A DNA stretch of 59,888 nucleotides, counting the filler. It is 7 parts of 7 records of this genome, joined end to end, with 100 filler letters (N's around TTAATTAATTAA, not from the genome) between each part and the next. Parts side by side here need not be neighbours in the genome. Positions count along the whole stretch, not along the records: positions 40,830 to 53,515 come from SRR31156797_35150; positions 53,616 to 59,888 come from SRR31156797_35165; 5 more parts are not named here. One strand, given 5' to 3'. The translations under genes were made by a program, and so were the position numbers. Each line of letters begins with the position of its first letter. Position 1 is the stretch's first letter. Below are positions 52,377-59,888 of this stretch, one piece after another. The notes beneath the pieces are model-generated. The model searched no databases. It was not told the DNA's origin and saw only the letters and a program-made list of their open reading frames with translations.

Positions 52377-52462
52377 TAATAACACCTACTATTTTTCCTA
52401 ATACTATCCTTTGCCAAGCTTGGTGAAAGTGTTGTAGGCATTATAACCGGTCCCGTATTCCG

Positions 52463-52882
52463 GTGGTTGGTATGGTGGCCCTTGCGGCACTTGTAGCTAT
52501 AATTCCTCCACCCACGAAAAACATGTCAGTAACGATTGACACTGCAGGAGAGCAGGGAGCAGGTATGAATCCTGGCAATACTGTTATTGTAGATTCTACA
52601 ACAGCAGCCTCTCCTTTTACGATAGATGTGGCAATATCTGTTGTAGATCCTGATGGTTACCCTGTCAGAAGTGCAAATGTTGTATTAAGAGGCCTTGGCG
52701 GTGTTGCCACAGGTGTCACAAATGATGCCGGACAGTGTACCCTCACAACAGTCACCCCTGGTGGCGCACAGGTCAACCTTGGTTCCAACCAGAATGAAGG
52801 GGCAATGGACCTGTCCATTTCAGCAAATGGATTCTACGACTTTGAAAAGACAGATGCTGTAATGGTAGTCAGGACTTCATAA
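52463..52882 (+). pseudogene. 5'-truncated archaeal class III signal-peptide (pilin-like) gene with carboxypeptidase-regulatory-like domain
   Basis: Begins mid-hydrophobic helix (VVGMVALAALVAII); upstream in-frame codons unrelated, TGA at 52424; paralogous to the next gene. Confidence 0.6.
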
Positions 52883-52913
52883 TCCTGACTTCTTTTCTAT
52901 TTTGCAGGTTTAC

Positions 52914-53345
52914 ATGTTATCAGATGATTCTGCATCAGTAGGCCTTCCTATAAGGATTGTAGTGCTTACGATCATTGGTATGATAGGCATTTATGCCATA
53001 CTCTCGGCTGTTATGAGCACGCCTTTTCTTCCCGGTTCAATGTTTGCAGCTTCTAATTCCAGCAGCTTCAATATATCCGGAAGCGTGGATGATTCTCCTG
53101 ATCTCGTAGTTAGTGTCTTTGACAATGACGGAAGGTCCGTAAGTGGTGCCAATGTCATAGTATGGGGTCCGCAAAGGGAAAAAGTAGTAGGTGGAGTAAC
53201 AGACAGCGCTGGAGAATTTCATTACAGGCTCGTGGGTATTTCCCTGCCACAGGGAAAAACGGAAGGTTACCTGTCAGTAAAAGTAATGGAAGAAGGCTAT
53301 CTGGATTATACCAATGATTTCCTTGTAAAAGTAAAAAGAGTGTGA
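52914..53345 (+). CDS. Archaeal class III signal-peptide (pilin-like) protein
   Basis: MLSDDSA/SVGLPIRIVVLTIIGMIG; V.D.DG..V.GANV....G.TD..G. Confidence 0.75.
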   Translation: MLSDDSASVGLPIRIVVLTIIGMIGIYAILSAVMSTPFLPGSMFAASNSSSFNISGSVDDSPDLVVSVFDNDGRSVSGANVIVWGPQREKVVGGVTDSAGEFHYRLVGISLPQGKTEGYLSVKVMEEGYLDYTNDFLVKVKRV

Positions 53346-53387
53346 GCATCTCTTTTTAGATGCTCATATGTTAGTTTTCTTTTTTAT
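53343..53387 (+). terminator. Hairpin plus T-rich terminator
   Basis: TGAGCATCT-cttttt-AGATGCTCA followed by T tracts. Confidence 0.6.
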
Positions 53388-53515
53388 TTAGATTTGTTCG
53401 GTTCTGTAGAAACCCTGCCTGTTGCAACTTTGAACTTAGCAATTTTTAATAATTGCATTATTTCAATAGTCTTCAGATTGGTCGCAAAGGAACGTGCCGC
53501 CTGCGGCGGGTGGTC

Positions 53516-53615
53516 NNNNNNNNNNNNNNNNNNNNNNNNNNNNNNNNNNNNNNNNNNNNTTAATTAATTAANNNNNNNNNNNNNNNNNNNNNNNNNNNNN
53601 NNNNNNNNNNNNNNN
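53516..53615. other. Artificial contig spacer
   Basis: N-run with TTAATTAATTAA. Confidence 0.99.
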
Positions 53616-54544
53616 TTCAGTTTTTCCAAAGGCATCCAGTCCGGATCGACACACATCCTGACCGGGCCCCTTTGCTTCAGATAGGACTGTTCTTCACGGG
53701 AAAACAGCATTCCATATTTGTCCTGGATTTCACCCAGCCACTTTTCTTTCAGTTTTTGCATCTCAGGGGGCGTGATGGAGGCATACGCCTTTTCAAACAA
53801 CCTGTTCAGGACAGGCCAGTCTTTCCGGACAGAAATATAAAGGGACGGTGCGACACGATCCATTTCAGGGTTTATAAAAGTTCCGGATATTTTCAGGTTA
53901 TCCAGCAGATATTTACGGATCCGATATCTTGCCACGGCCCCGATTTCGATGGTTGCGTCCGCTTTACCGGAACAGACGGATTCAAACGCTTCATGCATAT
54001 CGCGTACAGCCAGAACAGTCACTTTTGGATGATGTTCTTTGAAATACGTTTCATAGTACCAGCCCTTTGGAACGGCGATAATCTTTCCATTGAGCTGTTC
54101 GCTTTCATCGATATCGGGGGCATCCTTATGGACAACGAACCTATCCTTACTGGTGTAAAAAGAAAGTGAAAAAAAACCGTAGGTCTCTCTTTCGCGGGTT
54201 TTATATAACGTATGGATGACATCGATTTCCCGTTCCCGGAACATCTGCATGAGTTCATCCCATGTGTAGCCGTTAACAAATTCGACCCCAATGCCAATAC
54301 GATCCGCGATCATTTGAACCAGATCGATACTTAATCCCTGGGGACGGTCACCGATGGCAAAATCAAAGGGCGGCCAGTCAGTTTCATTGGAAACCCGGAT
54401 AACCGGATGTTCCGCAAGAAATTTTTCCTCTTCCTCTGTTAATTCAGGTATTGGGCCTTCGGGCAGGACCGCAAAGGATGAAAACGGCATCAGCAATATC
54501 AAAACGGTGATCACCCATCCGGAAATCAGGCTGGTTTTTTTCAT
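53616..54544 (-). CDS. Tandem periplasmic-binding (BvgS/EvgS-like) sensor protein, 3' truncated
   Basis: LT.EE..FL..HP.IRV..E.DWPPFDF, second domain CVDPDWMPLE; ATG 54544. Confidence 0.85.
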
Positions 54545-54922
54545 GGTTTTCTTACCTTCCGATACCAATGGGCTTATGGGGCCATGCAATCGGGTCACAG
54601 GCAGGAGCACCTGTATGGGCAGTATGAGTCGCGCTTCAAAGAGTGAATGTGAACACGAATACTCCGGGGATATCGGTTCACAAAATCCGACACAAGACGA
54701 TATGGTTGAGGGCAGGATATTTCTAAACGGTTGCCATCGGTTTGCCGCTTCTGTTTTTACGAAAAACTATATCATGGAACAATTATAAAATCAGCAACAT
54801 AAGGATTAAATCTTGATATGGGACGGATGGGATGGATCTGTCCGAAAAGGGTGTCAGGCCATGATAACCGCCTGATATAATTCGCCACTCCCCCCCTGGA
54901 ACCAGGAAACCGGATGGGCAAG

Positions 54923-54955
54923 GGGCCCGGCATCCCCCCGGGGAATGCCGGGCCC
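54923..54955 (-). terminator. GC-rich hairpin right after the azlD stop
   Basis: GGGCCCGGCAT...ATGCCGGGCCC; weak U-tract. Confidence 0.5.
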
Positions 54956-54958
54956 TGG

Positions 54959-55273
54959 TTATAGCATGAGTTGCCGCCGCACCGCGATGATCCCCACCCC
55001 CACCAGCATGGAGAGAAAGAGGTTCCCGGTTATGCGGGTGATCAGGCCCGTGGCCAGGGCGGCCGCGCCCCCCCAGATCCCCTCGGCCAGAATCCCCGGC
55101 ACCACCAGGGAAAGCAGGATGGTCCCGGGCAGGGTATCCAGAAACACCTTGAACCGGCCGTCCTGGGGCAAGCGGCCGGCCAGAAGCAGTCCGCTGATCC
55201 TCAGGCCATAGGTGACCAGGGCCGCAGCGGCGATGGTCATCCACACCCGCATATCAAACTCACCTGACACCAT
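54959..55273 (-). CDS. azlD: AzlD-family branched-chain amino acid exporter subunit
   Basis: VTY.LR..G, LD.LPG.IL.SLV.P; follows azlC. Confidence 0.85.
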   Translation of the reverse strand: MVSGEFDMRVWMTIAAAALVTYGLRISGLLLAGRLPQDGRFKVFLDTLPGTILLSLVVPGILAEGIWGGAAALATGLITRITGNLFLSMLVGVGIIAVRRQLML

Positions 55274-55967
55274 GGGCCACCTCCTTTTCACGGGTATCGC
55301 CGCCGGTCAGGAGTGCGGGCACCAGTGCCCCGGCAAACCCGCCGATGATGATATACCATTTCCCGGGCAGCAGTTTTTCCGCGGCCACCGCGCAACCCGC
55401 TGCCACCAGCCAGGGCAGCACCTCCTCCCGTCCCCGCCACATGCTCACCGCAAGGGCCGTGAACACGGCGATAAAGGCAAAGTCCAGGGCATAGGCCTCC
55501 GGCCTTTCGATCACCGCGCCCAGTCCATGGCCGAACAGGGTGCCCATGCACCAGAAGGCGCAGACGCACACCCCGCCCCCCAGCAAAAACAGGGGGCTTG
55601 CCAGCCCCCGCCGGTGGGCGGCCATGGTGACCGCCCAGTTTTCATCCGCCACCAGGTGCATCATCAACAATTTTTCCTTGAGGCTTTTCCCTTCAAACAC
55701 CGGGGTCAGGGATGCCCCGATCAACAGGTAACGCAGGTTGATGGCCAGCACCGCCAGGGTGATCTCCACCACCGGCAACGGGGGAAGCCACATCTCCACC
55801 ATCACGAACTGGGCAGACCCCGCAAAAAGAAACAGGTTCATGGCGAGAAGCGCCCCCCACCCGATCCCCTTCTGGGCGGCCAGGATGCCCAAGACACTCC
55901 CATAGGCGGCCACGGAGACGGCCACCGGGAGATTTGCGACAAAACCGGCCCTGAAAAATGTCATCAT
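55260..55967 (-). CDS. azlC: AzlC-family branched-chain amino acid exporter
   Basis: FAGSAQF, INLRYLL.GASL, DENWA, LDFAF.A.F. Confidence 0.92.
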   Translation of the reverse strand: MMTFFRAGFVANLPVAVSVAAYGSVLGILAAQKGIGWGALLAMNLFLFAGSAQFVMVEMWLPPLPVVEITLAVLAINLRYLLIGASLTPVFEGKSLKEKLLMMHLVADENWAVTMAAHRRGLASPLFLLGGGVCVCAFWCMGTLFGHGLGAVIERPEAYALDFAFIAVFTALAVSMWRGREEVLPWLVAAGCAVAAEKLLPGKWYIIIGGFAGALVPALLTGGDTREKEVAHGVR

Positions 55968-56061
55968 ACAGTACCTCCTTATCTTTTATTGACACCAAAA
56001 ATAGCAGGAGACACAGAAGCGGGTCTTGAACGAAATTGCTCTTTTCTGCAAAAAATATCCT

Positions 56062-56901
56062 TCAGCGAATTCCCAGGGACCTTTGGTACTGGCCGGGGGT
56101 CAACCCGTGGAACGCCTTGAAACGGCGGGAAAAATGACTCTGGTCGGAGAACCCGGCCAGGATGGCGGCATCGGCCAGGGAATGCCCCTCCTCGATAGCC
56201 TTTCTTCCCAGGACCACCCGTCGCTGGATCAGATAGGCATGGGGGGCAAGGCCGGTGGTGGCCTTGAACCGGCGCAGGAAATGGTAGCGGGAGAGACCCG
56301 CCACCTTTGCGATCTCCTCCAGGGAGATGTTTTCGGCCGCATGCCGCCGTATATGGGCCAGGGCCCTATCCACCGCCACCTGGCTTTTTCCTGGGGGACG
56401 GGGTGTTCTGCTATCCTCCCCGTACCGGAGAAAGGTCTCCGCCACCACCCGCATCAAGCAGGTTTGGGCCTCCATGCAATTGTTGTCGTCCTGTTCCATC
56501 AGCCGGAGGGCGTGGCACAGGCATGCCGAAAGCTGAGGATCACAGGTCATGGGCGCCTTAAACCAGGAAAACGCGCTGCCATGGTCGAAGAGCTCCGACA
56601 GGATCTCCCCCACCATGTCCGGGTGGATATAAGCAATGCGGTAACGGTACCCCCCGGCATCGGCCGTCTTCCCGTCATGGACCTCGTCCGGGTTCACGGT
56701 GATCATGTCCCCGCCCACGACCACATGGGATCCCCCGCCGTGGAAAAACCGCTGGGCCCCCGCCTCGATCACGCCGATGGCGAAATCATCATGGGTGTGT
56801 TTCCGGAACGAAAAGTGGTGGAACTCCGCCTTGAACAGGGAAACCCCGCTCGCCTTCTCCGGTTTCCACAGCCGGGCACGCTCTTTTGTGATCTGTCCCA
56901 T
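56062..56901 (-). CDS. AraC-family transcriptional regulator
   Basis: F.KHTH cupin, NPDEVHDG, LSRYHFLRRF, GFSDQSHF.R.FK; GGAGG SD before ATG 56901. Confidence 0.93.
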   Translation of the reverse strand: MGQITKERARLWKPEKASGVSLFKAEFHHFSFRKHTHDDFAIGVIEAGAQRFFHGGGSHVVVGGDMITVNPDEVHDGKTADAGGYRYRIAYIHPDMVGEILSELFDHGSAFSWFKAPMTCDPQLSACLCHALRLMEQDDNNCMEAQTCLMRVVAETFLRYGEDSRTPRPPGKSQVAVDRALAHIRRHAAENISLEEIAKVAGLSRYHFLRRFKATTGLAPHAYLIQRRVVLGRKAIEEGHSLADAAILAGFSDQSHFSRRFKAFHGLTPGQYQRSLGIR

Positions 56902-56984
56902 GGCTACCTCCCCTGGATAGTTGCAAGCATTCAAGATACTGCGACATTCCCGGAAAGGCAAGCCGGCGATGGATTTTTATACGA

Positions 56985-57767
56985 TCATGGCTCTTCTTCG
57001 TTCATCACAGCGCCGTCCAGCAACGGGGTCGGATCAAACAGATCGGAGCGCCTCTGGTAAGGCTTGGCCGTCCGCACGGTCAAGGGCCCGGTTGCCGTGC
57101 CGTCATAGGCTTCCAGGTGCAGCATGGACATTTTGTTGCCGCTTTGGAAAACCAATTCCCCCACATAGGCGATGACCTGTCCGCCCAGGACGTCGCTGCC
57201 AGCCGTAATCCCGGGAGCGACCCGCCCGATTTCCCCATAACGCAGCACCATGTCCCCATGGTCGATCTCCAGGGCACGGGTGCCAAGATAAAATGGGTAC
57301 TCCCGGATCACGGTACCATCCTTCATGGCCCGAACAGGTGTATCCTTGGGGGCGTATAAATCAACGCCCGCGTGTTTGCGCTTGCCACTGGCACGGTTGG
57401 CGCCAAAGGCACGCATGCCCGTTTTGTAACTCTCGGCCGGTTTAAAATCCAACGGAAAAATCAAACCTTGGGGGGGCGTATCCGCGAGCAGCATCCGGGC
57501 CAGTTTTTTAATGGTTTTCCCCCCCGGATCAATGCGGCCATCCGGGTGCTGCATCATCACGTATTGCTTCTGAAAAGTAACAATGGCATCCCCGGTGGGT
57601 TTATCGTAAAGACCGTCTTCCACCAGGGGCTGGTCGCCAAGGGGAGGTGTTATCGAGTTGAGGGCTTTCTTAATACTCAATACCTCCTCTGGCAGGTTTC
57701 TGCCTTTTTCACCCACCGATTGTGTAATGGTAATCCTAGGATTTCCTTTGGTTGCGGGTTGATGCAT
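56985..57767 (-). CDS. Peptidoglycan-binding domain plus M23 metallopeptidase
   Basis: DG.Y...T..AI..FQ...DG.IDP.G.T; HAGVDL, MLHLE. Confidence 0.85.
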   Translation of the reverse strand: MHQPATKGNPRITITQSVGEKGRNLPEEVLSIKKALNSITPPLGDQPLVEDGLYDKPTGDAIVTFQKQYVMMQHPDGRIDPGGKTIKKLARMLLADTPPQGLIFPLDFKPAESYKTGMRAFGANRASGKRKHAGVDLYAPKDTPVRAMKDGTVIREYPFYLGTRALEIDHGDMVLRYGEIGRVAPGITAGSDVLGGQVIAYVGELVFQSGNKMSMLHLEAYDGTATGPLTVRTAKPYQRRSDLFDPTPLLDGAVMNEEEP

Positions 57768-57787
57768 AACGGATGCCGGGACATCAA

Positions 57788-57880
57788 GACAGCCGGGTCA
57801 CCTGATGGCAACCCGGTTATCAAAATTGACCCGTGGCGTTCCGCCCCATATGGCTACAGGGTTGTTTTTTCATATGGATT
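57788..57880 (-). ncRNA. GEMM-I-like (c-di-GMP-I / cyclic AMP-GMP class) riboswitch with competing downstream hairpin
   Basis: Minus strand reads AACCCTGTA-GCCA-TATGGGGCGGAACGCCACGGGTC-AATTTT-GATAACCGGGTTGCC-ATCA-GGTGACCCGGCTGTC. Confidence 0.6.
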
Positions 57881-57967
57881 TTTTAAAGGATACTCATACG
57901 ATCCATGACAAATTCACCTCAAGTCGTCAAGGGAATAATCGGCACCAGCCCATGGTGAAGGGGCATA

Positions 57968-59888
57968 TCAGGTCAACGGGTCCGATATCCGGGCGTCTGC
58001 CTCATTAAGGGGCGCTTCGGTAAAAAGCCCCCGGACATCCTCCACCACCATGTAAAAGGTGGGCACCAGGGCCAGGGTAATGAGGGTGGCAAAGAGAATC
58101 CCGAACCCGAGGGAGATGGCCATGGGCACCATGAACCTTGCCTGGCGGGAGGTCTCGAAGATCATGGGTGCCAGGCCCCCAAAGGTGGTGAGGGTGGTCA
58201 AAAGGATGGGCCGAAACCGCTGTTTGCCGGCCGCAAGGATCGCCTCCCGGGCCGAAACGCCCCTGTGCCTGCGACGGTTGGCGAAATCGATCATCACAAG
58301 GGAATCGTTCACCACCACCCCGGAGAGAGCCACAAGGCCGAACAGGCTCATGAGGGAGAGGGAGTAGCCCAGCAGGATATGGCCGATGACGGCCCCGACA
58401 ATGCCAAAGGGAATGGCCGCCATGATGATCAGGGGCTGGATATAGCTTCGGAAGGGCACGGCCAGCAGGGCGTAGATGGCGAAAAGGGCCATCAACAGAC
58501 CCGAGATGAGGCTTGCGACGCTCTCCCGCATGTCGGCCTGCCGGCCCTGGAAGTCGCAGGTCAACCCGGGATAGTCGTGCTGGAGCCGGGGAAGGATCTC
58601 CTCCTTGATCACGGTGATGATCCGGTTGGTCTCGTTCCGGGGCACCACATTGGCCGAAACCGTGGAGATCCGGCGTCCGTCCCGCCGGTCGATGGCGGTG
58701 TAGGCCCTGCCCCGCTCCATGTCCACCACCTCCCGCAACAATGCCTCCTGGCCCGCCGGGTTGCGGACCATGAGGGTTTCGATATTGTGTTCAAAGGTTC
58801 TTTCCCGCTTTGGCAGGCGCACCTTCACCGTCACCTCGTTCCGTCCCCGCTGGAGCCTCAGGGCCTGGGCCCCGTAAAAGGCGTGACGCACCTGGAGGGC
58901 CACATCCCGGGCCTTGAGGCCCATCATCTCGCCCAACGGCCGCATGGTGAAGTCAAACTGCTGCTTTCCCCGGGCCGACCCGTCATCGATGTCCCGGGTG
59001 GTGGGGAAGCCGGCAAGCTCCCGGGCCAGGGCCCGGCTGGCCGCCTTGAGGGTGTCGATATCCCGGTGGCTCAGTTCCAGGGTCAGGGAGGTGCCCGATC
59101 CGGGCCCGCCCCGGTCCGCCTGGAAGAAGATCGATTCAAGGCCGGGGATGGGGCCGAGCATGGCGCGCCATTGATCCGTGACTTCGGAGGTGTGGATGGG
59201 CCGGACATCCCCCGGGGTCAGCATGATCCTGGAGGTGATCACGTTATCGTCCACATGGGAGAAGAATCCCCGGGCCAGGGTCGGGCCGCCGTTGTCCGCG
59301 ATCACCCGCCGGGCCGCGCCATGGATGCGTTCCGCCACCGCCGCCACCCGCGCTTCCGAGCTGCCGCTGGGCAGGGTGGCCGTGACATAGGCATAGTCGG
59401 ATTCCACCCTTGGCATGAGGGTGGTGGTGATCCGGCCGCTCTTGATATAGGCGCCCACGATGAAGAGGATGGCGATGCCAATGGCCACACAGGTGTAGCG
59501 GTTCCGGAGCACCCGGTCGAGGAAGGGGGTGTAGACCCGCGCCACAAAGGAAACAAGCCCCCGGCTGATCCCCTGCTGGCGACGGATGATCCCCCCCAGG
59601 ATCTTGCCCTTGGGAGCGGTCTTCCCATGGGCCAGATGGGCCGGCAGGATAAAGAGGCTCTCCACCAGGGAGATGACAAACACCGTGATCACCACCACGG
59701 GAATGACCTTGAAGAATTTCCCCATGGTGCCGGGCACGAACATGATGGGCAGGAACGCCACCACATTGGTGAGGATGCTGAACACCACGGGCACGGCCAC
59801 CTCCCGGGTGCCCTGTATGGCGGCATCCAGGAACGACGCCCCCTTCTGCCGGTAATGGTAGACGTTCTCCCCCACCACGATGGCGTCA
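57968..59888 (-). CDS. RND efflux permease (AcrB/AcrD/AcrF family), 5' truncated
   Basis: DAIVVGEN, GVVVNDSLV, RFRPILLTTLTTF.GL.P. Confidence 0.95.
   Translation of the reverse strand, partial: DAIVVGENVYHYRQKGASFLDAAIQGTREVAVPVVFSILTNVVAFLPIMFVPGTMGKFFKVIPVVVITVFVISLVESLFILPAHLAHGKTAPKGKILGGIIRRQQGISRGLVSFVARVYTPFLDRVLRNRYTCVAIGIAILFIVGAYIKSGRITTTLMPRVESDYAYVTATLPSGSSEARVAAVAERIHGAARRVIADNGGPTLARGFFSHVDDNVITSRIMLTPGDVRPIHTSEVTDQWRAMLGPIPGLESIFFQADRGGPGSGTSLTLELSHRDIDTLKAASRALARELAGFPTTRDIDDGSARGKQQFDFTMRPLGEMMGLKARDVALQVRHAFYGAQALRLQRGRNEVTVKVRLPKRERTFEHNIETLMVRNPAGQEALLREVVDMERGRAYTAIDRRDGRRISTVSANVVPRNETNRIITVIKEEILPRLQHDYPGLTCDFQGRQADMRESVASLISGLLMALFAIYALLAVPFRSYIQPLIIMAAIPFGIVGAVIGHILLGYSLSLMSLFGLVALSGVVVNDSLVMIDFANRRRHRGVSAREAILAAGKQRFRPILLTTLTTFGGLAPMIFETSRQARFMVPMAISLGFGILFATLITLALVPTFYMVVEDVRGLFTEAPLNEADARISDPLT

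Larger units (their letters stand above)
40830..52462. mobile_element. Right arm of a siphovirus-like (Caudoviricetes) provirus in an archaeal host, probably Methanosarcinales
   Basis: Collinear neck/tail genes, tape measure, terminal tyrosine integrase, then archaeal pilin-like host genes; GGTGA/GAGGT SD motifs; no sheath gene. Confidence 0.85.

Noticed and set aside
52377-52470. tRNA gene as the provirus attachment site
   Set aside because: No cloverleaf, T-arm GTTCRA motif or CCA end visible on either strand.
53480-53515. GCCGCCTGCGGC palindrome at the archaeal contig end as a MITE or IS end
   Set aside because: Truncated by the gap and single-copy here; not enough sequence to call.
6756-53615. 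TTAATTAATTAA motifs within N-runs, and ORFs or gene neighbourhoods crossing them
   Set aside because: Identical 100-nt artificial spacers; adjacency across them has no biological meaning.
54724-54747. Second GEMM-like element (GGCAAACCGATGGCAACCG on minus strand) before the sensor gene
   Set aside because: Only the 5' motif is present; the GACGCAAAGC junction and second stem are missing.
55212-57908. Long plus-strand ORFs (55212-56120, 56026-57060, 57372-57908) and similar antisense ORFs elsewhere
   Set aside because: Shadow frames of well-supported genes in GC-rich DNA; no motifs.

Overview
The window is not one genome. It is seven unrelated contigs joined by 100-nt spacers (44 N + TTAATTAATTAA + 44 N); taxonomic labels below are impressions from protein style, GC and promoter motifs, not database hits. 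(1) 1-6755, deltaproteobacterium-like: NifU/IscU-like gene, DUF58 / DUF4129-like / MoxR operon, solute-binding-vWA fusion, REP-like palindromes. (2) 6856-20416, AT-rich Bacteroidota: large modular GH13 amylase, ppa, GNAT, NTF2-like protein, three MacB/FtsX-type permeases interleaved with a beta-propeller lipoprotein. (3) 20517-26777 and (4) 26878-32654, spirochaete-like: Ig-repeat lipoproteins, SDR, GH4, PIG-L, transketolase. (5) 32755-40729, Desulfobacterota-like: Cache hybrid kinase, an Ada-AlkA/ogt/ATL alkylation-repair cluster bracketed by a ~50-bp direct repeat, and pheS-pheT with an attenuator-like leader. (6) 40830-53515: the right arm of a siphovirus-like provirus in an archaeal, probably Methanosarcinales, host. 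(7) 53616-59888, Desulfobacterota-like: periplasmic-binding sensor, AraC-AzlC-AzlD, an M23 peptidase preceded by a GEMM-I-like riboswitch, and an RND permease. Best leads: the archaeal provirus, which appears to have integrated into the 5' end of a class III signal-peptide (pilin-like) gene rather than a tRNA and carries a -1 frameshift signal (A AAA AAC plus hairpin) in its tail chaperone; the variant cyclic-dinucleotide riboswitch; and the Phe-codon leader plus terminator before pheST.
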